IMG/VR virus record: IMGVR_UViG_3300028591_000007 | Coordinates: 32,001 to 96,000 of that record | Reading direction: 5' to 3' (one strand) | From: a virus | Taxonomy: Duplodnaviria; Caudoviricetes | Length of the DNA: 64,000 bases | Shown: positions 11,701 to 19,947 of the stretch, one piece after another | Layout of the letters: each line of letters opens with the position of its first letter | Position numbering within the stretch: position 1 is the stretch's first letter | The notes under the pieces: model-generated | The model's input: only the letters and a program-made list of their open reading frames with translations | Told to the model about the DNA's origin: nothing | Databases searched by the model: none | Program-made: the position numbers and the translations under genes

Positions 11701-12259
11701 TAACTTTATCTTCTTCTACTTGAAACATTCCTAAACATATTAAAGTATCTGAATCACCATTAATATATGTGTATACTTTGATAATACAATTACCTGATAA
11801 TTCACCGGTTATCTTTCTTTCTGTTCCATTAGGATCTGTTTCTGTGAATTCATAGTTTTGTAAATTAGGTATTACAGGTTCCCAATATCCTTTTTCTTCA
11901 TTAAATTCTTTCTCATTCCTTATAGTAAATTGTACCATTGCTGCATTACAAGCAGAGAATGATAAGTTATCATCTGAGTTAATAGAATAAGAATATTTAA
12001 ACTTTTCTTTAACAATATCTTTATTTGTAATAACCCATGGCACATCTTGCAATACTAAATTACCACCGGAATCTCGTTCTGGTTGTGGTTGTTTTTCTCC
12101 TTCATCTCCAACCCATTCCCATTCTGGTACTTTATATGTTATTAATGGATCATGACCAGATACTTTTTCAACTTTAGTAGCATGGGGAACTATTAAGATG
12201 TCTCTATGAGGTCCCGTGCTAAATAAATCTCTATATTCATCAGGATAGTCCCATCTCAT
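8756..12259 (-). CDS. Tail-tip/baseplate hub-like protein, MRWDY paralog 1, ending in first third of a glycine-rich domain
   Basis: 1167 aa; C-term FDYTGAIQTFIAPKTGIYKLETWGAQGG..GGYG..LYVNVGGQDGYNGGG. Confidence 0.65.
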   Translation of the reverse strand: MRWDYPDEYRDLFSTGPHRDILIVPHATKVEKVSGHDPLITYKVPEWEWVGDEGEKQPQPERDSGGNLVLQDVPWVITNKDIVKEKFKYSYSINSDDNLSFSACNAAMVQFTIRNEKEFNEEKGYWEPVIPNLQNYEFTETDPNGTERKITGELSGNCIIKVYTYINGDSDTLICLGMFQVEEDKVTDNGYSRQITAYDFMAFFRDCDIYYWYEHLFTGINKLDDDFMDFTSKSTKKETNPDDYNADINWIRKPSTELFPDRNGRWTIREALEDLIKNFCSYDPIVFEEETVKDPQTGKKVKKKVAKLGNTITNPNDYGRDYKEGAGYSGLGMPVTIDPDILPDPETSTKKEYKIPDEPAEDAFECYGYMDILDLEFCANPNIMSRKTLSMGKFLEDIGRLAGRYPFIRADKFDEHDFEDPADIPSGEEHKYDNRYNNYERCILSFKPLPTSKDDKKLINIPESNFDNNDIAKDFQHENYTVDDIEIIKIKMDDKTELEYKRLTKSQHKLAETGNVQTFTFSDNMFATYLVTKSDKEDIKKKLDEYKAIRKKLFGKETVNKNGNMSSKALFAQGYYNMKYRSYVPYKLTTYADPVRDVGDRIKINFTNKITGEHTSFYTYILERSMEGIQKMMDTYEAKGESSSAVFTNYQNGSTYQSGSNYSAQSFGYNAIPSSGGSDGSEAKGMSPSDLVQYWRNFGIRLLDEPTGCEAKFVKGAGSEKTTCSYSKCYTEYYDEDLEDMVQTWDGNYPTEGDTSNHGLLSSEENEEYVTSGPPIDVFEESYFYDVNGKWHVTGYNRIIDDYNTIITPSFKPGDTITNIQINGVDYTVQLGDYFYLQDTNFNDDPNWSGEGAWYVYPGVWVDCYPNTSGIDGYQTEIKVEVTKCVQLKWSDPPDITDWKPTPATWEGTVIVRKENSPPLHRWDGEKVVRITTRDKYKNTAYKDKDIETGKVYYYGFFPYYTKIADPDHPINFYTFTKTIKVETGVTIYAPSIDSIIAEETTVIINYTIEIPEDVSYKSVKLYGKIDTYPSCDETDDIILDIDTDEDSIGVTGLSYGTTYYFTIHCIDNNDTPISSNSESIAIGEFKKQDFDYTGAIQTFIAPKTGIYKLETWGAQGGNATDGTNTARGGYGSYSVGEVLLQQGDILYVNVGGQDGYNGGGTTNQNE

Positions 12260-12295
12260 ATATAGAATGCCCCTTTCTACTTATTTTGAAAAAAT

Positions 12296-12343
12296 CTAGT
12301 AGCAATAAAAGTAAGTAGCATTATTTACTCTTATTACTACTAG
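12296..12343 (-). terminator. Long hairpin followed by T-run, probable intrinsic terminator
   Basis: CTAGTAG...CTACTAG arms; minus strand continues ATTTTTT. Confidence 0.5.
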
Positions 12344-12418
12344 TCATACCCTAAATTACAGAAGCATTATCCAAATTATTATTTCGATAATCCGCCTGTA
12401 ACCTATAAAATGATATGA

Positions 12419-12473
12419 ATACCCAAGAGGGAGTCGAACCCTTATTACATGATACCTATTATCTCTTGAGTAT
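12419..12473 (-). ncRNA. Anticodon-less mini tRNA-like RNA
   Basis: ATACTCA/TGGGTAT acceptor, GAT-AATAGGT-ATC D-arm, AGGG-TTCGACT-CCCT T-arm, only ~6 nt between D and T arms. Confidence 0.55.
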
Positions 12474-12506
12474 GTTATTTTAGTTTTTATTGAGTTATTT
12501 CTTTAT

Positions 12507-12677
12507 CTATAAAAGTGTCATATAGGATGCATATATAATAATTTCTTCTGTTTTATCTTTATTTTGTTTTATAAGCGTAACAGAATAATCATTTGAAGAT
12601 TTTACTATATATCCTTTGTTTAAAAATTCAGGAGAAGATAATACCATTCTCTCATATTCATAATTATATGTTTTCAT
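12507..12677 (-). CDS. Hypothetical protein (56 aa)
   Basis: Manual translation MKTYNYEYERMVLSSPEFLNKGY...YMTLL; TTAGGAG RBS. Confidence 0.6.
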   Translation of the reverse strand: MKTYNYEYERMVLSSPEFLNKGYIVKSSNDYSVTLIKQNKDKTEEIIIYASYMTLL

Positions 12678-12697
12678 CTTTATCTCCTAAAATAGTT

Positions 12698-12907
12698 TTA
12701 TAAACGATACTTTCCAAATCCATAATTAGTAATTCTATTTACATACTCAACACACTTTAAGGCAATATCAACAGCTTTAGGATTTTGTTCTCTTACAGAT
12801 AACAGGAAATCCTCTACAGATACATATTCATCTATTGGTAGCTTTTTATGTGCATTTATATCATTTAAAAACGTATCATATATTGCATCTCTTTGCTCCT
12901 GTGTCAT
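12698..12907 (-). CDS. Hypothetical protein
   Basis: 69 aa ORF with TTAGGAG RBS. Confidence 0.7.
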   Translation of the reverse strand: MTQEQRDAIYDTFLNDINAHKKLPIDEYVSVEDFLLSVREQNPKAVDIALKCVEYVNRITNYGFGKYRL

Positions 12908-13069
12908 CTTTCTTCTCCTAAAAAGTTATTTTATTGGTACTTAATTTATATAATAAACCTTCTCAAAGAAATACTCATAGACGGCTATTATGGACAGTAA
13001 GTTTCGCTATGAGTATCTCTAAGAGAAGAATTTATTAACTAAGTAATGAAATGTTCATTTTATTGGATA

Positions 13070-14863
13070 TTAATATTTAATGCAATATATATATAATCGG
13101 GGCTGTATTGAAACATCAGTAGTATAATAATTATATAAATAGGCATACCATTTACCATCTTGACGTATTAACCAAGGCGTAATTGTGTTTGCTTGGCTGG
13201 CATATCTATCAAACACTATTGATATTGGTTGATACCCCGAAGGAATCATACTGTCAATATCATATCCAATAGCATTTTGAGCCGCTATTGTAACAGCAGA
13301 ATCAAAAGTATAGAATACTCTACTAATTCCCAAATTATTTATAATATTCCCTAGAACTTCAACATCCCCTAACGATGCTATCTCACCATTCTTATAACTG
13401 AATGACATATTGGTTCCATTAGTGCTGACATAAGCGTAATCCTTTAGGAGTGAGATTTCTTTGGGTGTGAGTTGGATGGTAAATGGTGTTTCTAATTCGT
13501 AGCATATCTGTAAAGGATGTGATGCTAAATTTGTTTTAAAAGTCTCCAGTGTTATAACTGCTCCGTAGTTAACATAAATATAGTTACTAATTCTATCATA
13601 TGATATTATATGTGGATTTGCTCCAGCATTTGATTGCTCATAATAGATAGAAGGACTATAACTCGAAAACCAATTTTCATAAGCATGAGTAACAGAACCG
13701 TCTGCACAATTTGTCAGCTCTTGTTGAGCGGCAAATAAAGATTGATAACCAGCACCTGCAAATTCCCATCCCTCATCAGAACTGCCATCAAATATTGCAT
13801 ACCCTCTGTCTACCGTTAAAATTCCTTTTTCAACGTCAAGTGTACCACCGTAGATGGTTTGTCCTAATGTGTGTTGAATGTTGGTGAGAGGATTATAAGA
13901 TTCCCAAGTATTATCACCACCAACCCTAACCATTGGATATATATGCATATTAGATGGAGATGATGATGCTAAAAATTCTAAAAATATAGATACTATATCA
14001 TATGGTAAAGTTATACTTACATCATTTAATAAAGCATCATAAGTTCCATTAGAATATTTACAACTCAAATTATAACCTTCTACACCAGTAGTCGCTTTTA
14101 TAGTTAAACCTGCTTTAAATGGCGTTTCTCCATCTATAATATTATCTGCATTAGTGATAACAATATAAGATGACTGAGATGATGTTTCGATTCTATTGGC
14201 AATAAAAGAACCATCTTGATTAATAGTATATTGTACACCATTCATTGTTCTTGTTACTGCTTTATTTTCTAATATATTTTTTCTACAAGATAAAACCTCA
14301 ATTTTATCGTAACCAGAAATTGCACGAACATTACTAGGACTGGGATCTCCGCTACCAGCTTGAATAGGTTCTAATGTTATAACTGGATTAATTGCTAACT
14401 GATTACTTTTAAGTCCACTTATACTAATAGGATTACCACTAGCGTTACTTGTTGTTTTATCAGCTGACCATCCTGCATCAGTAAGATTACCACTTGCATT
14501 TAGCCCTGCCAAATTTCCCGCAGTAGGGGAAGCAACTTTATCTACTTTATCTGCAACAATATCAACAACTTCATCTATAGCATCCTGGGTATTAGTTGCT
14601 TCTAACTCACTCGTAGTGTTATCATATCCAACTCTATTCGCTGGGTATGTGTTAGGCATAGCAGGCTGAGTATCATGCTGTTCCCATCCTGTCGCAGTAG
14701 CCTTGTAGAAATAACCATTTATATAGTCAGCAGTTGTACTACCTATATACTGCACTATAGTTCCCAAAGGAACAGATGAATAAGTTGGCATTGTAGTTGC
14801 CTGGATATTGTTGCCACCAGCTAATCCTACTAAATGTCCAAACTCACTTAATATTTCTGCCAT
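13070..14863 (-). CDS. Tail fibre / receptor-binding-like protein
   Basis: 597 aa; KVDK..AGNLAGL..SGNL.D fibre repeat, QAGSGDPSPSNVRAISG and YELETP motifs typical of Firmicutes phage fibre/baseplate proteins. Confidence 0.65.
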   Translation of the reverse strand: MAEILSEFGHLVGLAGGNNIQATTMPTYSSVPLGTIVQYIGSTTADYINGYFYKATATGWEQHDTQPAMPNTYPANRVGYDNTTSELEATNTQDAIDEVVDIVADKVDKVASPTAGNLAGLNASGNLTDAGWSADKTTSNASGNPISISGLKSNQLAINPVITLEPIQAGSGDPSPSNVRAISGYDKIEVLSCRKNILENKAVTRTMNGVQYTINQDGSFIANRIETSSQSSYIVITNADNIIDGETPFKAGLTIKATTGVEGYNLSCKYSNGTYDALLNDVSITLPYDIVSIFLEFLASSSPSNMHIYPMVRVGGDNTWESYNPLTNIQHTLGQTIYGGTLDVEKGILTVDRGYAIFDGSSDEGWEFAGAGYQSLFAAQQELTNCADGSVTHAYENWFSSYSPSIYYEQSNAGANPHIISYDRISNYIYVNYGAVITLETFKTNLASHPLQICYELETPFTIQLTPKEISLLKDYAYVSTNGTNMSFSYKNGEIASLGDVEVLGNIINNLGISRVFYTFDSAVTIAAQNAIGYDIDSMIPSGYQPISIVFDRYASQANTITPWLIRQDGKWYAYLYNYYTTDVSIQPRLYIYCIKY

Positions 14864-14876
14864 GGTATGTTCCTCC

Positions 14877-16025
14877 TTATTTAAAGAGACGTACTTTATT
14901 TAAAGTATTTCTCATTTCTTTTAAAGCTTCTTCTTCTTTTTTCTTAATTTGTTTTTTCTGTAATGCTTTATAAATATCGCCAGCATAAACATCTTCCATG
15001 GTGACTTCATTAGTTGCCATGTTGTCTAACTCTTTTGCGATTGATTCTATCATATTTTCAACAAAGTCTAATCGTTCTTTTTTCTGTTTACCAAATCCAA
15101 AGTAACCTGTTGGAGCTACATAATCAGTTATATTGCCATTATATTTTTCGTCATTATCTTTTAGATACCGATCAAGAACCCTCATAATACCATTATCTTT
15201 TATCTTGTCAAGCTTCTTAGTTTCTCCATCATATGCTTTTTTAACAGCATCCATCAAATCTTCTTTGTCTTTGTTAATAATCTCTTTAGAAGTATCAATA
15301 TATTTTTTGGTCTTCTCAATAATTTCCTTATTCTTCTTAGTGCCTTCTTTTATTGCAGCATCTCTTGCATCTTGGTTTGCTTTAAGGTTTTCTTTTCGTC
15401 TTACTCTTTCAGCGGCTTCTTGTTGGAGCTGTTCTTGTTTACTTTTAAGTTCTCTTTGTGTTACTCTTTTAGCAGCTTCTTGTTTGAGCTGTTCTTGTTT
15501 ACTTTTAAGTTCTCTTTGTGTTACTCTTTTAGCAGCTTCTTGTTTAAGTGTTTCTTGTTTACTTTTAAGTTTATACCAATTTGCTTCTTTCTTATTTGTT
15601 TCTGCTTCACCAGCTCTTCTCTGTGCTTCTCTCTCGGCTTCAGCTTCTGCAGCTGCCTGGTTATTATTATATTGAGGAGTACTCTTTCTATAATCCTCTG
15701 AAAGTTTCTTTGTGTCGTTAACTATTTTATCAGTTGCCTTATTAACAGCATTATCTATTGATACATTAATAATATCTTGTGTAGATAAAGGTTTAATATT
15801 CTTTAAAAGTTCATCTGTTTTCTTTTTCTTCTGCTCAGCTTCCCATGCATTACGTTTCTGAGCTTCGACATGAGCATCCCATTCGGCTTTAGTTTTGTAA
15901 TATCTATAATTACCGGGCTGGCCTTCTCTCATATAATAATTGGCATCATCACGTTTTGTGCCTTTAAGAGAACTATGCTCAAGTTCGTATTTTGTTTTCT
16001 TTGAATAAAATTCTATTATATTCAT
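14877..16025 (-). CDS. Basic coiled-coil protein with N-terminal ELEH|SS motif, putative internal virion protein
   Basis: Start moved to 16025 (RBS AGAAAGGAAAG); ELEHSSLKGTKR..GNYRYY; 20-aa tandem repeats. Confidence 0.6.
   Translation of the reverse strand: MNIIEFYSKKTKYELEHSSLKGTKRDDANYYMREGQPGNYRYYKTKAEWDAHVEAQKRNAWEAEQKKKKTDELLKNIKPLSTQDIINVSIDNAVNKATDKIVNDTKKLSEDYRKSTPQYNNNQAAAEAEAEREAQRRAGEAETNKKEANWYKLKSKQETLKQEAAKRVTQRELKSKQEQLKQEAAKRVTQRELKSKQEQLQQEAAERVRRKENLKANQDARDAAIKEGTKKNKEIIEKTKKYIDTSKEIINKDKEDLMDAVKKAYDGETKKLDKIKDNGIMRVLDRYLKDNDEKYNGNITDYVAPTGYFGFGKQKKERLDFVENMIESIAKELDNMATNEVTMEDVYAGDIYKALQKKQIKKKEEEALKEMRNTLNKVRLFK
15410..15571 (-). repeat. 60-bp in-frame tandem repeat (~2.7 copies; LKSKQEQLKQEAAKRVTQRE)
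   Basis: Lines 15421, 15481 and 15541 are near-identical. Confidence 0.9.
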
Positions 16026-16320
16026 AGTCTTTCCTTTCTTTATATTCCAATCTGCCATATTCTTACTAACAAATATCATAGGAGGTACACGTGGAAAAAT
16101 TTTTGTGTTCAGAATATGGCGAGAATGAATATTAATATTTTTACCAGTAATTATAGCTTTGTAATTACTTACTATTTTGATTTTTTCTTTTAAATTTAAT
16201 TAACTTGTTGGTGTTATAAGTTCCCATGCAGATTGAGCTGAAGTATACCTATTAATCCAAATATATAGTTTCTGTTTTTTTTCTTTTTATGTTTTATAGC
16301 TTTTAATCATGGGTTCATCC

Positions 16321-17664
16321 TTAATGGAATAATATAAGCCCAGCAGCACGGCCGCTATAGGTCACGCCATCCTCGCGCACAAAGCCAACGCTGTCGGCAT
16401 CCACGGCACTGACAGAGGACGCTATAGACCTCAACCAAATCCAAGTCCAACCGAATATTTGGTTAAAAGAATATTTAGCAAATAGATTTAATTGTTTATG
16501 TCCTTCACCTTGCTGATATTTATCTGCTGACCATATTTTAGCACCAGCCAACTGACATTCTGTAAGAGCAGCAATATACTGACTATGAGTATTCTCATCT
16601 GACCAATACCAATTTCCAAGTTTATTCCATAACTTTGTATGACCTAACAGATGTTCTAATCCTGTACTACCGCCGAATAATGCTATCATATCTGCTTTGA
16701 TAATATCTAATGCTGAACCAGACAGATAACTATGTAATGTCGATTGGTTATAACCTACATCAGTAATATCGGAACTTGTATACCACTGAGAACTCTGCAT
16801 AGTATCAACAACAATACCTATATGATGTACTGACTCAACTGCATACTGATCATATCCACCATAGAACGTATCCATATCAGCAAGCCAATATCTAAAGTTA
16901 TTACTTGCCTGAGATGTACCCATAAAGTAATCGCCAATTTTATATCCATACTTCTCAAGATTCTGTTCTGATACTGCAGTAGTCAATCTTGACAAGTCGT
17001 TTGTAATATCCCTAGGAGTATGGTCAGATAAAAGAATAATTTTGTCCTTCCCAATACCGCTATCTACAAGGTTTCCAGATGCGTTCAATGTAGCAAGATT
17101 ATCTGCTGTTGCTGAAGTTACCTTGTCGGCTTTGCCAGATTGTAAAGCAGAAATATTATCTGCATTAGCTTTTCCTTTGTTACCTGCGTATGCCGTACTT
17201 GAAGTCTCGCCTAATGCGAGGCTCTCGGAAATTTCTACATAAGCAGAACCGCTCCATCTATATGTATTATCACTTATGAGGTCAACATATATTTTTCCGG
17301 TCTCGCCAGTGATGGCATGTTCATGTTCAGAATCGGAATAAAATACTCCGTTATAAAGATATCCCTCTATGATATTATCAACGTATGGCGGCAACTCTGA
17401 TGCAGGGACTTTACCATTTGCATCTAAATCTGCCACGCCGTTTGCCACACCAGTATTTTTAAATGCTGCAGTGCCAAGCTGTTGCCCTGCTCCCTGAGCC
17501 GGGTAGTCAGTAATTATATATCTATGTGCAGCTTTCTCTGTCTCGGTTAATGCCTGGTAAGCTGCCCAAGTAATAGTAATTGCGTATGCTTTATTTATTT
17601 TATTAGCATATGGAGTTAGTACTGATACTGCATTTTCTTTATCCATAAAATGTTTCTTTGGCAT
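16321..17664 (-). CDS. Fibre/adhesin with C-terminal C-type-lectin-like (DGR-target-like) domain
   Basis: Start at MPKKHF (GGAGG RBS); GVADLDANGKVP, GKIYVD..YRWSGS.Y fibre motifs; C-term WIWLRS..RAAGLILF. Confidence 0.6.
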   Translation of the reverse strand: MPKKHFMDKENAVSVLTPYANKINKAYAITITWAAYQALTETEKAAHRYIITDYPAQGAGQQLGTAAFKNTGVANGVADLDANGKVPASELPPYVDNIIEGYLYNGVFYSDSEHEHAITGETGKIYVDLISDNTYRWSGSAYVEISESLALGETSSTAYAGNKGKANADNISALQSGKADKVTSATADNLATLNASGNLVDSGIGKDKIILLSDHTPRDITNDLSRLTTAVSEQNLEKYGYKIGDYFMGTSQASNNFRYWLADMDTFYGGYDQYAVESVHHIGIVVDTMQSSQWYTSSDITDVGYNQSTLHSYLSGSALDIIKADMIALFGGSTGLEHLLGHTKLWNKLGNWYWSDENTHSQYIAALTECQLAGAKIWSADKYQQGEGHKQLNLFAKYSFNQIFGWTWIWLRSIASSVSAVDADSVGFVREDGVTYSGRAAGLILFH

Positions 17665-17677
17665 CTCTTTTACCTCC

Positions 17678-17798
17678 ATTTTGATTTTTTAAAATAGAAA
17701 GCAGTTTCCGTTTATGGAAAGTGTTCTATATTTTGATTTTTTAAAATAGAAAGCAGTTTCCGTTTATGGAAAGTGTTCTATATTTTGATTTTTTAAAA
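17678..17798 (-). repeat. 52-bp tandem repeat (2.3 copies), each a terminator-like hairpin plus TCAAAAT motif
   Basis: attttgattttttaaaatagaaagcagtttccgtttatggaaagtgttctat at 17678 and 17730, partial at 17782. Confidence 0.9.
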
Positions 17799-17833
17799 AG
17801 AAATAGAGGCTAAGCCGATGAAAGCCTAGCCCC
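17795..17833 (-). terminator. Intrinsic terminator
   Basis: GGGGCTAGGCTTTCATCGGCTTAGCCTC then TATTTCTTTTT. Confidence 0.75.
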
Positions 17834-17869
17834 TTGATTTGGTTACAGTTCCGTAAAATTAATTAATTG

Positions 17870-18889
17870 TTAGGGCGTTACAGTTCCGTTCAGGATGTCA
17901 ATAAGATCCTGTACTTCTGTGCTTGTAAGTGACTCTGCATCAGCAGCTTCGATCAGATCAATAATTGTTACATCATCAACTTCTGCTGCAACCCAAGGAC
18001 CTGCTACAGAATGAGCTGTAGTAAACTTGTACAGAACATCCTGATATGTAACAATATCACCAACTGCATACACACCAGCAACAGGATCGAACTCAGGAGC
18101 AAGATCATTTCTTACTAAATCAATCCTTCCGCCAAGTGCTGCATCAGCTGCCTGAAGAGTCTTAACAACAGTGTCAAGATTGATCTTAGTAACCTCTGAA
18201 GCAACCCAAGCACCAGGTGTATCATGAGCTGTAGTAAATTTGTAGAGTTCATCATTGTAAATTACAAGATCACCTACTGCATATGTTCCACTTGTTGCAT
18301 CGAATGCAGGAGCGATATCTGTCTGAGTCTTATCAATTCTTGCATTAGCACCAGCGATTCCTGCTGTAGCAGCTGCTGCAACTTCGTTGATGATCTCTTC
18401 TACAGTTACATCCTCAACCTTTGAAGAATCCCAAGCACCTGCTACATCCTGAGCTGTGGTAAATCTGTAAAGGAAGTTGTTATGTGTAACAATATCACCA
18501 ACTTCATATGTCTCTGTCTCAAGGAACTTGTCAGCGATCATAGCTGCTACATTACCAATTTCTGTATAGATAGCAGCTACATCAATGAATCCAGCAAGTA
18601 CATCAAACTTAAGATCAGGTGTAGAAGCGGTTCCAACATCAGCAATTGCTACATTGGTTCCAGCAGGATAAACATTACCGGCACCTTCTACGAATCTTGA
18701 GTCAGTTGTGAACTCTTCAGTAAGATTGTAGGTCCAACCTACCATACTTGCCTGAAGTGTTGCAGGAAGTCCATTAAAAGCTACTGAACCGTGGAACACA
18801 TATGCTCCATCAACCGCGTCAAATCTGAGTTTAATCGCTTCCATTAATGCGGTAGCGTTACTCATGTCAACAAAATGTTTCTTTGCCAT
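17870..18889 (-). CDS. Structural protein with three CBM5/12-like repeats
   Basis: Three F...Y.VGD.V.Y...LY.FTTAH...G.W repeats. Confidence 0.65.
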   Translation of the reverse strand: MAKKHFVDMSNATALMEAIKLRFDAVDGAYVFHGSVAFNGLPATLQASMVGWTYNLTEEFTTDSRFVEGAGNVYPAGTNVAIADVGTASTPDLKFDVLAGFIDVAAIYTEIGNVAAMIADKFLETETYEVGDIVTHNNFLYRFTTAQDVAGAWDSSKVEDVTVEEIINEVAAAATAGIAGANARIDKTQTDIAPAFDATSGTYAVGDLVIYNDELYKFTTAHDTPGAWVASEVTKINLDTVVKTLQAADAALGGRIDLVRNDLAPEFDPVAGVYAVGDIVTYQDVLYKFTTAHSVAGPWVAAEVDDVTIIDLIEAADAESLTSTEVQDLIDILNGTVTP

Positions 18890-18902
18890 TTCTTTTTCCT
18901 CC

Positions 18903-19604
18903 TTAAGGTTTTAAGATTTGTAATAGCTCGGCCATTTCCTCTTCGGAAAGACCATCAACAGTGTCGTTCACTTCCATTTCATCCCATTTGTAAGATTGGC
19001 TGTCTTCATCAAAGATGCATTTATAGAAGTGACCTGAGGTGAAACTTAAATTAGTCTCACCAATATATTGCGTTACTCTACCTAGAAGTACTCTCTTTGG
19101 AGTAGGCATTTTTGGATACTGTACCAAATTATTTTGAGGTACCCAATAATAACCATCCCACAAATAGAATATTCCTTCTTCGATAGCGTAATACATTTTT
19201 CTATCGGCAGATGTAAATATTGGTGGTAACATGGTACTGTTTTCTACAATATCGTAATTACCATCTGGACTGCCGATTTCGTTCCACTTTCTATCGTCAA
19301 ATACTGTATCACTGTTTTCTGCAATACAACGATAGAAGCAGGACGCATAAATAACAAGATCACCATATTTATAGAGATTACCAGATTCCCATACATAAAT
19401 AGGTGTTCCGTCATTTACTACCAATTGTGACTCTCTTACTTCACCAGCATCGTTCTTCCATTCAAAAGTAACGATGTTTACGCCATTGCGTTTTTCGACA
19501 GATTTTACTTTACAGGGGGCGCCTTTAAGTCCGCCAAACTGCATTGCTGTTTCATCAGTATATTTTTTGCTAAGAGCGTAAGTGATAATATCTACACCAG
19601 CCAT
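18903..19604 (-). CDS. Structural protein with CBM5/12-like module
   Basis: WESGNLYKYGDLVIY..FYRC..W; MPT..LG..QYIG.T..G.FYK motif shared with N-terminus of 13070..14863. Confidence 0.6.
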   Translation of the reverse strand: MAGVDIITYALSKKYTDETAMQFGGLKGAPCKVKSVEKRNGVNIVTFEWKNDAGEVRESQLVVNDGTPIYVWESGNLYKYGDLVIYASCFYRCIAENSDTVFDDRKWNEIGSPDGNYDIVENSTMLPPIFTSADRKMYYAIEEGIFYLWDGYYWVPQNNLVQYPKMPTPKRVLLGRVTQYIGETNLSFTSGHFYKCIFDEDSQSYKWDEMEVNDTVDGLSEEEMAELLQILKP

Positions 19605-19608
19605 ATTA

Positions 19609-19854
19609 TTAACCTCCTATCCTCTCCCAAATATCCTGTGAATTAAGCATGTAGACCTCTCCAGTAGATATGACCATACACTGAGAGCCAAACTCAACTG
19701 GTGCAGAACCATCAAATGTCGGATCGGAGTATCTATAATTCTGTTCTACTCCACGACGTTTTGATGTTGGTAGATTAATAATGTCATTGTCTGTGTCTGC
19801 ATAAAATACTTTCTGACTGGCAGTTGATGACTGATTGTGATCTAACCAATACAT
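19609..19854 (-). CDS. Small fibre-associated hypothetical protein
   Basis: 81 aa; F.AD..DI..LPT..GS.C.VI.TGEVYMLNS..W; AAGGAGG RBS. Confidence 0.6.
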   Translation of the reverse strand: MYWLDHNQSSTASQKVFYADTDNDIINLPTSKRRGVEQNYRYSDPTFDGSAPVEFGSQCMVISTGEVYMLNSQDIWERIGG

Positions 19855-19947
19855 CTTTTATTCCTCCTTTCGTATGTTATATATTAACCCAATCTGCATA
19901 AATTAATTTATACAGTAATACACTGTTTAATATGTTTTAGAAATATC

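Noticed and set aside
186-12259. Shufflon/invertible tail-fibre switch
   Set aside because: All paralogs are full-length and co-oriented; no invertase or inverted crossover sites seen
12959-13029. Hammerhead ribozyme
   Set aside because: GAAAC and GTC are present but the CUGANGA core is absent
17678-17798. CRISPR array
   Set aside because: Units are identical with no unique spacers; no cas genes (49390..49962 is a generic PD-(D/E)XK nuclease)
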